Below, one piece after another: positions 34,801 to 44,300 of a DNA stretch of 57,216 nucleotides (positions within the stretch are counted from its first letter, which is position 1; each line of letters begins with the position of its first letter). The DNA lies in contig CAURMP010000001.1 of the NCBI GenBank assembly GCA_963526005.1, positions 1 through 57,216 on the forward strand, in the 5' to 3' direction. The position numbers and the translations under genes were made by a program. The notes beneath the pieces were generated by a model. That model was not told the origin of the DNA and searched no databases. It saw only the letters and a program-made list of their open reading frames with translations. This DNA is from an uncultured Streptococcus sp. (GTDB lineage: Bacteria > Bacillota > Bacilli > Lactobacillales > Aerococcaceae).

Positions 34801-37590
34801 CTTCAACTCGATTTGTCTGTTGGTCTGATCGATAGATGTTTTAACATTTGTAACATTCTCTCCCAATTTACCAACAGTCGTTTGAAGTGTCGTGAGATTT
34901 CGATCGATTAATCGTTTATACTCACCAATAACTTCTTCTAAATCAGTATCATTAGGATGCCAATCAGACAGAATATGAGATTCTTCCAATTGCCACGCAG
35001 CAGTATAAATCGTATTCGATCCACTATCTTTGTTGATAATACCAAGAACCGCGTTAGGATTTGACAAGTTACTAGGTGTTCTAAATTTAACCCAGTGTCT
35101 TTCCCAATCACGAGTAACATTCCATCCGTTGTTAAAAGATGGATCGTATGCAATTAACTTCATATCAGTAGCGGAACGGCTATGATAAACGACTTGACCA
35201 CCACCGGAAGATTTCACATAGAATGAGAAAATGTAATCTTGATTTGGTCTCAATTTCACCATATTAGATTCAGGAGGATTTAAAGACAACGCTACTCGAG
35301 ATGCTGAGTTGATCTTCAACACATTTAGATCTTTTGAATATAATCTAAATGTCTCTCCATTAGCAACAGTCCATCCTCTAAAATCAGTAGGTGGCATTGT
35401 GATACTATTACGAATCAAGTTGTTAGTACCAATTCGAAGATTATTGTATTTCTCCGTAATACCATCTTGTAGTTGACGAATATCTCGTTGGGTCTGTTGA
35501 ATAAGGGCCGACTTATCCGCAAGTTGCTTTTGGGATAAATCCGCAAGTTTATTGTTGAAATCCGCTTTGGCCGCTTCGAAGCTTTTCTTAACGGTATCTA
35601 ACGCCGATTTGGCACTTGCAATTTCGGCATTAAATTCATCAGCCACTTCTTCAACCGCTGCTTGAGCATCAATAGCAACTCCATCTAATTGACTTTTTAA
35701 ATCCTCTTGAGATTCTTCGAACTCGTCAAGGGATTCTTGGATCTCTGTTCTAAGATCATTTATCTTAGTTTCTAGTTGTTCCCCAAAGTCATGTGGCATT
35801 AACAATATCCATTGAGTTCCATCGAAACGATACATATCAATTTCGCCCTCAGCTACTTCCTTGAACCAAATATCATTCTCCTTGGCCATATCAGCAGGAG
35901 GTTCGTCTGGTCCATAGAAGTTTTGGTTTTTACCATTAGCAGAGGTAAGGATTTTATTAACAGAATTGTCGATATCGAAGAACGCATCACTGATAGCTTT
36001 TTGGGTATGATCTTTCCACTCAGCTCTCTGCGCTTCAGCAAGACTTGATGAATTGTTCCCATCGGAAGTTGCTACGATTTTGATGATACGTTCACTTAAG
36101 ACGTCATACTCAATCTCATTGACTGTAACCGTTACATCCGCATCAATCTTTTTGACATAGACATCGATCGTATCACACAATTTGATCTTTTCAAGACTAC
36201 GAAGCATGGATCTTTCCCAAGATGTTGTATCTTGTAATGGGATCATGTCAACTTCGATCTTGATATTTGGAACATCCACATTTGGATTCTCATCAAAGTA
36301 ACTAGCAGCTTCTGCCGTAACCATCGCTGGTGTAATGACAATCTTAGTACTCTCTTTGATTTGATCCTGTCTAGCCTTACGAGCAGATTTCTCAGCCTCT
36401 CTAGCATTCTTCTTATCAATTTTAGCTTGTTTAGCGGCAGCACGTTTAGCACGACGATCTTTTTCCTGTTGTTGGAACTTCGCGTTTCGTTCTGCTTCTT
36501 TTTGTTGATATGCAGCTTCTCTAGCTTGATATCTAGCCTCAGCTTCAGCAGCACGTTGGGCTTTAGACTTCTTAATACCACGATTAGCTTCACGAGCAGC
36601 TTTAGCAGCAGCACGTTTTTCTTGAGCAGCTACTCGAGCAGAAGCCCTAGCAGCTTGACGTTCTTCAAATCGTCGTTCTCTTGCTGCTTCACGATCGATT
36701 TCTAGCTGTTCTCGTCGAGCTTCTTCAGCAGATCTTCGGGCGGCATCGACTGCTCTGTTATTTTCCCGATCGGCTTTCAATTGGTCTTTACGACTAGCTT
36801 TCTGTTGTTGTTTGTAATCATTGAATTTCTTAGAAATATCAATTGGTACAATTCGTTTAACAGAATAATCATTGTAATGATCAGAGAAAATAACATCACC
36901 ATAGATCGTTTGTTCTTGCTGGTTTTCTCCTTCTGGAGTATATTTGGCATAAGGTAAAATACGAGTGAACTTACCAATCATGTTTGTAGTAATCTTAATG
37001 TTTTTAAGATTCTTACGTGGTCTAATGGTAGTTACATGGTCAGTACCTCTTCGCCGATAAAGATAAATGGAATCATTCTCCCGTTTAACTTCACCACCAA
37101 AAACACTTACAAGAGATTCCTTCTCGCCAACAAGAGTTGCCCAAACGTTTTGTGCTTCGGATACCTCGAATGGATGTATAGCACTAATATCAGACCAGAA
37201 TCGATATCGGATATTATCCAATGCAGCTGATCGAATACCTGCCCATGCACTATTAGGATTTGCGCCTAATACTGTGAATGGTTTAACAACGTTTCCAGCG
37301 AGATCATCGGTTATAGAAACCCCTTTTACAGTCATATGATTCGCTGCTAAATCAACAGCAGTTTCATAAATACGAAATGCATGTGGTTGATCATAGTCAT
37401 TTGGTCTTGACAAAATGATCCGATTATGAACGATATCAGTTATCCACTCTCCTTGAAGAGGGTATACCAATTCAATCTCAAATTTTCCATTTCGAGCTTC
37501 GGTAACTTTACATTCCTCCGCGTCATGGAGGATGCCTATACCATTAGTACGAAACAGAGTTTCATCTTGTTCGTATAAAATAGGTCTCAT
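31840..37590 (-). CDS. Tail tip / Tal-receptor-binding protein with four CBM-like modules
   Basis: N-terminal MRPILYE...NGIG.L...ARNGKFEIEL.YP Tal domain; coiled-coil stretches; modules opening GTNNLI / GGRNYL / GGTNLL / STNLVL; C-terminal beta-repeats (ISNAKIAKAAIDDAKI). Confidence 0.85.
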   Translation of the reverse strand: MRPILYEQDETLFRTNGIGILHDAEECKVTEARNGKFEIELVYPLQGEWITDIVHNRIILSRPNDYDQPHAFRIYETAVDLAANHMTVKGVSITDDLAGNVVKPFTVLGANPNSAWAGIRSAALDNIRYRFWSDISAIHPFEVSEAQNVWATLVGEKESLVSVFGGEVKRENDSIYLYRRRGTDHVTTIRPRKNLKNIKITTNMIGKFTRILPYAKYTPEGENQQEQTIYGDVIFSDHYNDYSVKRIVPIDISKKFNDYKQQQKASRKDQLKADRENNRAVDAARRSAEEARREQLEIDREAARERRFEERQAARASARVAAQEKRAAAKAAREANRGIKKSKAQRAAEAEARYQAREAAYQQKEAERNAKFQQQEKDRRAKRAAAKQAKIDKKNAREAEKSARKARQDQIKESTKIVITPAMVTAEAASYFDENPNVDVPNIKIEVDMIPLQDTTSWERSMLRSLEKIKLCDTIDVYVKKIDADVTVTVNEIEYDVLSERIIKIVATSDGNNSSSLAEAQRAEWKDHTQKAISDAFFDIDNSVNKILTSANGKNQNFYGPDEPPADMAKENDIWFKEVAEGEIDMYRFDGTQWILLMPHDFGEQLETKINDLRTEIQESLDEFEESQEDLKSQLDGVAIDAQAAVEEVADEFNAEIASAKSALDTVKKSFEAAKADFNNKLADLSQKQLADKSALIQQTQRDIRQLQDGITEKYNNLRIGTNNLIRNSITMPPTDFRGWTVANGETFRLYSKDLNVLKINSASRVALSLNPPESNMVKLRPNQDYIFSFYVKSSGGGQVVYHSRSATDMKLIAYDPSFNNGWNVTRDWERHWVKFRTPSNLSNPNAVLGIINKDSGSNTIYTAAWQLEESHILSDWHPNDTDLEEVIGEYKRLIDRNLTTLQTTVGKLGENVTNVKTSIDQTNRQIELKAQEITGLKGQMTQAEATLQALPNQITAKVNTAKEEALNGAKSYTNAQIQVAEGSIAQRITSNLTGQVNGIISSSITQTNGAIRQAIASATENAVGTARTNAQTIVNTAIDGIRTNIRQVETKIPKKYGGRNYLQGTDKTRHSGSYTLNSNGYLVIFGYNTVGNKTLRELGIPQNAKLTLQYTVKFASNVTNARVMPELYTDDGAYLMGLNGVVPEYPSPNDMNISGSNPTFRIGYITLNDNAWNRCNQIRFRVDRSNNVPFEITQCILYSGDMVIDWVSAVEDTFIENGGTNLLKNGHFMKGIQENQKVTTTHWDIQNATGFNYNYDHGFNNFKRKGIIHAYGTPSDWSWLGQWVMEPVKKDEPLTLSLDVAMDGLQDANKDAIKLEVFGYYMDGTNEIREGVASIVRGTHLELAGITAGNRYMRRIGRTLIAKHDYHKIYVKVTFTPSILVNLYITRVQLERSKVVNDFKEHPEDLDITTNAKFQAVEQTLNMYKRTIGETENGVATKVAQMVMTNQSFQTTITNASSASTNLVLDTETFAGAIANFVPGANNRYRGDFPGVYGKNEYMMSVPKSSGFTGWSVVSLPVAMSQVKRNESYTVSFKIKFETAQDTPNKSRYLIALKNHTLNKTPMVFHDTRANDPRTGSNNPFTDWVTVKKTVTPNEDVALESPGLLPFMIAIENTGVIRIKEIMMVRGTVSNEYTPATGISSTMVKQLSNSYAVRVLSGPNSLATEINANPNGVRIKGKNIEIDGNTHITRGVIDEAMIKDGSISNAKIAKAAIDDAKISWIDAGKITGKNANLIDLDALVGRIQYIFTKGIALGNEMYMYMSNGRMQILKRNAKTDDITVQLNGRIAGGTRIFGGPSKYTEYTPVMTNYQLNTPLYSPYRWGSPYSNDSIGVYGVRWMGIVTFSGNTHAMTNTSAYLYVDDGSQTNNLWYIPLFKDKTYSGQNIETSFWPGKSLWNGYADKTYYWAFNKEKKDWV

Positions 37591-38369
37591 ACAAGAACCC
37601 TCCAGTTTGGTTTAAGTTTTATCAATTGTGGCGCTGTACCATCCGGTTTTGTAATCGTCAATCGATTTCGTGGATCCTTACCTGGATAAAGAACAAAGAA
37701 ATCTTTACCAATAGTCTTGTTATTAAAGTTGGTAATAAGACTACGATCCTTCGCATAAACAGAATATGTCTCACAATCAATGTATATGTTTTCTCTATTA
37801 AGATTTCTCAAGGATAATGTTCGATCGCCAATACGAATATCCAATTGTCCATAAACGCCAGTAAATGAAACAAGTGGTCTAGCAATGTATTGTGTTGGAT
37901 TTGTTAACAAATATCCATTAGAAACATTAATTTCAGGAGAATTTCTCACGTATTTGTATGGTTGACACTTCAACTTAGCCGTGAATGAAATACATCCTTC
38001 ATAGTAATACTTATTTTCAAAAGTAAGCTCGGTTAATATCACCATATACTCATGATTTTCATCGAAATACGGTATAAATGCTACCCATTCTCCAACGCCT
38101 TGATTGAATAATGTATAAATATTATTACGAGCATCAGATAAAGAAGTATGATTATCTTTATCGGATCGTCCATCGTAGAAACACTTAAGCTCGAATTCGG
38201 TTGGCTCATAACCATCATCGTCATAAGCCAACTCTCCTTCGAAAGCATTAGGTGCGATAAAAGAGACACGTCTCTTCGGGGCTACAATATCTGGTCGATC
38301 CTGGATAAAGATGTTTAGTTCTTCAGAGTTAACTCCATTGAACACGAAATAACCAGGTTTCATCACCAT
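37587..38369 (-). CDS. Distal tail protein (Dit)
   Basis: FVFNGVNSEELNI...KCQPYKY...PNWRVL; directly follows the tape measure gene. Confidence 0.85.
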   Translation of the reverse strand: MVMKPGYFVFNGVNSEELNIFIQDRPDIVAPKRRVSFIAPNAFEGELAYDDDGYEPTEFELKCFYDGRSDKDNHTSLSDARNNIYTLFNQGVGEWVAFIPYFDENHEYMVILTELTFENKYYYEGCISFTAKLKCQPYKYVRNSPEINVSNGYLLTNPTQYIARPLVSFTGVYGQLDIRIGDRTLSLRNLNRENIYIDCETYSVYAKDRSLITNFNNKTIGKDFFVLYPGKDPRNRLTITKPDGTAPQLIKLKPNWRVLV

Positions 38370-41300
38370 TTACCAGAGTACCTCCTCGCCTCTTCCTCTT
38401 CGATTTTCATCATCGAATTGTTTCATATGTTCTTGAACTTGTTTTGCAAGTTCTTTAGGATTAATTGGGTGTCCACTGTTATCCACAGTCACATTAATAT
38501 TGTATTCTTTTGTAGAATTATCAGTATTAACCGTCGTTGTTTGACCGGAGCTACTTCCAGGAGAATATACTGGGGTAGGAACTCTAGTAGCAGATCCAAG
38601 ATTCAATCCATAATCTTTTGGTTTGAACTTATCTAGATTAGATGAGTCAATAACCGGAGTAATAGTTGGAGTGTAGTTCATGTCATCAACAGCAACATCC
38701 AACATATCTCCAACTTGGTTCACAGCTCCAGCAACAGCTTCTGCCATTGCATTTCCGTGTTTAACTGCATCATCAGCAGCTGCTGTAAATCCATTCTTAA
38801 ATGTATCCTGCATTTGTTGGATTGATTTAGGCATCTCTTTATCAATACCCATAACAATACCTTGAGGAATATACTTACCAACAGATTTTGCAAATAATCT
38901 TGATGGTGAATGAATTTGAGCGGCAGCTCTAGCTGCTTCATTAGCTTTGTTGATGATTCGTTGAGCAGCAGATTCAATCGAACCAACATTTGCCCAGATA
39001 CCACTAGCAATACCATCAGAAATATACCAACCAACATTGTATCCATTTGATTTCGCAGTTCCATTGTAACTAGAAATAGTTGACATGATACTATTCATGT
39101 TACTATCAACAGTTGACTTCGCAGTATTCATACCATTTTGGATGCTACTATTAATAGTAGACATCATCTGTGTGATGGTATTTTGTGCATTTGATGCAAA
39201 CTGATCAAATGTCCCTTTCAATTGACTAGTAGAACTTTGGATATTACTATTGATCTGGGACATATTGGATTGAATTGTTGAAGACACTCGACTCATAGAA
39301 TCTGAAACTGTTCTCATAACTTGATCCAATGAGCTTGACATTTGGTTCGCAACTTCAGTCATTCGTGCTTTAATGGTACCCATCACAGTGTCCATGTTCT
39401 GAGATACAACATCTCGAACGGTGTTCATTGAGTTTGTTGTTGCATCTTGGACTAAGATAAATCCATCAGTAACTGCTTGTGCCAATTGACCAATAGACGT
39501 TGTCATAGTACCTTGTACGATAACCATTCCATTTAGAACAGCATCATTCATAGCTGTCATTCCCAATGTAGCAGCTTCTCCCATCTTACCAAATCCAGTA
39601 GCAGAATCTGTTAGTGATGTTCCGAAGTTTGTTAGGGTTGTTTGAACATTTCCTAGAGATGCGTTGAATAAATCGAATGAAGCCGGTAAAGAACCAATAG
39701 CAGTTCCCACCAAAGTGACACCATTTTGAATGTTTGTGAAACTGTTAACAATTCCGTCAAGCAAAGCTTGGACTCCTCCAATTTGTGCTGTAAATAGCAT
39801 GAATGCTCCAGCAACAATTGTTAAACTTCCTTGTAACTGTTGAATTGGTGTTGCCAATTGTTGGAATGTGCTAGCCACGGGACCGATAGATCCTGAAATA
39901 GTTCCGAGACTTCCACTTAATGATTCAAATGCGCTATTAACACTAGGAATCGTACCAGAGATAGTTCCAATAGATCCTTGTAATTGTGCCATACCTCCAG
40001 CGAGAATCAACAAGTTTCCGGAAGCACCACCAAGATTATTGATAGCATTGCCTAGGTTCTCGATATCTTGGATAAATCCTTGTAAGTTACCTGCCCAGGC
40101 AGAACCACCAAGTCCAGCAATAGCTCCAGCAATAGCGGAAATACCACCAGCGGCTCCGAAACCATGTTCAGAAAGTAATTTGGCGCCTTCACCAAATAGT
40201 TTGAAACCTTCTCCTGCATTCTTAGCAGCTTCACCAAAGGCTTTGATAATATTAGCAACTCCATCCAATGCAGATTTAATCGCATTACCGATAGATTCAA
40301 ATACTTTACCAACTCCTTCAAGAGCAGTCTTAATAGCAGTACCGACAGATTCTACAACAGATCCAACACCTTCCATAGCAGTCTTAATACCAGCTCCGAC
40401 AGATTCAAATACTCCACCAAGAGCTTCTAAAGTACCTTGAATTCCGCTAAATACAGATTTGATAATTTCACCGATAGAATTAACGATATCAACAATTCCT
40501 TGGATAGCTGCTTTAATAACATCTCCGATTGTCTGGAAGATCTGACCAAGTACTTCTAGAGCGGCTTTAATTGTATCCACAACAGATTGTACAATCGGAG
40601 CTAATGTTTTAATGATTTCAACAATACCATTTACAATTGTCTCGACAACAGGAGCAAGAATTTCTAAAGCAGCCACAATACCATCAACTAATACCTTAAT
40701 TGTATCAGCGATTGGTTGTAAAATACCAGGGAGATTCTCGATCAATACGGTTAATACATCACCAATAATTTTAATAATTGGTTCTAACGCAGGAGCTAAT
40801 TGTACAATAAAGTCTACAATCATTTGCATGATTGGACCGAGAACTTCTGCAATCTTAGTCAAGATTGGTCCTGCTAGGTTTTGAATAACACCTAAGATTA
40901 TATCAGCAATCACTTGTAGAAGCGATGATAATGCTGGAATCAATTGATCCTTAACCCCCATCAGCGCGTTCGCTAAACTTTGTACAAATTGTACGGCAAC
41001 TTCAACTGCTACTTGAAGTAAAATATCAAGGTTTTCTACCAGACCTTTTGACAATTCAGTCAACATTTCAACAGCAGATGTAACTAATTGAGGAGCATTA
41101 TCACGAATACCATTCATCAATCCAATGACTAGTTGTAACCCTGCAGTAACTAAATATGGAACTAATTCCACAAGACCAGCTATAGCAGCTTTGACGGTTT
41201 CAACCAATGCAGTAACAATAGTTGGAGCATTATCAGCAATAGATTTAATAAATGCAGTGAAGCCATCCACAACTGCTCGTAAAGCATCTGGAGCAATCGC

Positions 41301-44300
41301 AGCCAATTCCTTGATAGCTGTTACAAACGCCAAGAAACCAACACCAGCAATCAATACCGAGGTCGCTGCCAGAATAGAAGATATACCAAAAGTTATCAAT
41401 GTTTCGGACAATATAAGGAGACCCGGCGCTACCGCCTGAGCAAGAGCACCAGCGGCCAATAAGATTGCTAAGTTACCAGCAAGAGCTAGCATTGCAACTC
41501 CAACAGCAACGAGGTTAAGTGTTGATAGTAACATAATCGGAACTGTGATGGCCATAAGACCTGCGGCCAATAGAAGTAATTGACCTGCCGCACCAAAGCT
41601 TCCAAATTTCTCAAGTAAATATGATGTACCAACCAGTAAACCAAGAGTAACTCCAATAGCAACCGTAGCGGCCGCAATACCTTGCCATGGTTGAGCGGCA
41701 ACTTGACTTAAAGCTGTTCCGACGGCATATAACACACCAGCAAATACAGCAAGACCACTTAGTGTCTCTAGGTCGATATCCATTTTTTTAATAGCATAAG
41801 TTACACCAATAAGTGCACCCATAACTGCTGAAATACCAACAACGGCGACCAACATCTGTTGCCATGAAAGTTTACCGACTTGTTCGAGTGCCGTACCGAT
41901 CGCATATAATACTCCACCAAACGAATCAAATACATATTTTAGAGATACTAAATCGGATAGTGAGTCTACGGATCCTGTTATGATTTTGACAGTAAATGCC
42001 ATTGCGAGCATAACCCCGCCCATAGCAGTTGCTGCCGCCAATAAACTCGACCACGAGAACTTGGATAGAATGGATAAGTTCATTGTTACTTGGAACAAGA
42101 TACCCGTTAAGATAACAAGTGATCCTGCAGCGGCCAAGTTTAGATGAACCCTATTCATCAGAGTAGAAACTAATATCAAGGATAACATAATAGCATCCAT
42201 GCCAAGTATACCTTTTGCAATTTGTCCAATAGACATGTTCGCCAATGGTTCAATAGATCTAATAATAAGATAGATAGCAGCACCGAGAGCAGCAATACCG
42301 AGAGCTGCACCAATCTTAGGTTTTGCTTTCTGCATAATATAGCTAGCGGCTATTAATGATAGTAATAATGCTTCGACTCCGACCATGGCTTTAACTAAAG
42401 ACATGACCGGAATATTTGCTAGTATTTCAACAGCTTTAACAACTAAATAAATAGCGCCTGCGAATGTTATTAAGGCAAACATAGCACTTAATTTAACTTT
42501 CACATCAGCAATAACTCTAGTTGCTGCGGATAATGAAAGTAGAAGTACTGTAACAGATCCAGAAGCGACAGCAAGATTTGCGATATCATAGTTAGCCAAT
42601 ATAGCTACTGAATTAACTAGAGATCTAATTGCAATAGCAAAGGTTATTAGAGTAGCCAAAGCACTCAGCTTAATCTTAACCCCATTTAAGGATCGTGCTG
42701 CTGTTGCAAGTGATGCTAATAATATAACGACAGAAGCAACCGCTGGAATCAAATGTTCAATATCAAACTTAGCCAGTGTTGCAACAGAAGCTACCAGTAC
42801 CCTAGTAGCAAATGCGAATACAGAGAGTGACTGGATCGCTTTAATACTGATCTTGACATTGTTTAAAACTCTAGCAGCACCTACTAAACCAAATAATAAG
42901 GCTTCTAGAGAGACCATAGCCGGCACTAAACGTTCGGGATCAATATCCGCAATGGCTTTTACAGACATCACTAATATGCGTACAGCAATTGCCATACCAA
43001 TCATCTTAATGACACTGGCTTTAGATCCTCCGACATAATCCATTAATTTCATAGACGCAACAAGTCCAAGCATGACTCCATATAGACTTGCTATAGCAGG
43101 GCCTAATTGATCTTGAGGTATTTGGGCTAATTTCATCATTGCTCCGGCTAATAATCGAATTGCAATGGCAAATCCGATCATCGTTCCGATAGCGCCCTTA
43201 GGTAATTTGGATATGGCACCGAGCACTTTCATGGATTTCATCAATCCAAACATAGCTGCTCCCATACCAATAATACCTTTGGATAAATCTTTCATAGGGA
43301 TTTTTGATAGTTTGTCAATAGATATGGCTAATAGGAATACTGCCCCTGCAATACCCAATAAAAGCCACACTTTAACCCCTTGAGAGAACATATTCAAGTT
43401 TTGTTTAAATGTATCAAGGACACCGCCAGCATCTTCTACCATTTTCTTACCGTCACCAGTGAATTTTGTAAAAGCACCTTTTACTTTATCAAAAATGGTA
43501 TTAAAGATTGTACTATCTGAATTCTTAAATGCAATCCACTTATCTAAGGCAAATAAACCGATAATGGCTTTGATAATACTTGAGATATCGAATGATATGA
43601 ACGCATCTTTTAATCCATCATATCCGGATTTAAAAGCATTCACGATTCCGTCCCAAGCTCCACCCATTTTGTTTGCTAATCCTGTTAGAGCTTTATTAAT
43701 AAAGTCTCCCGATTTGGATATAGCATTAGCAGCTCCTGATAAAATACTAGTAAGGCCTGTGAAAGGATTATTTAATCCCAAGATCTTACCAAATACCGCA
43801 GAAATGACAGCGAATATACCCGTAAACACAGAGGCTATTAAATGACCAATTGCCTTAAATAATCCTACTGATTGAATACCTTGTTCTAATCCTTCTACGA
43901 ATTTACGAATGGCTTCTGTAATCTTAAAGAGTATAATAGCAAAATCTTTAAAACCGGATCCATCTCCGCCAGAAAATGCACTAAAAAATTCACGTAATAC
44001 TAATGTTACAATCTTAAATAATGATGCTAAAATAGCAAACACATTAGCAATAGCTTTGCCCATGTAGATTAAACCAACATGGACATTTGTATTGGCACGT
44101 AGCATTTCAAAGAATTTTGATATGCTATCTGCTATATTCTTGATGGGTAATATGACCTTATCAGAATTTTGTCCAACGGAGTTAAATCCTGTGGATAATG
44201 TTTTAAGTGCCCATCCAATTGTCACAAATACATTGGCAACGGCCTTACCAACAGAAGCCATAGTGGTCATGAAATTGGTATTATTCTTTAATCCTTCGGT

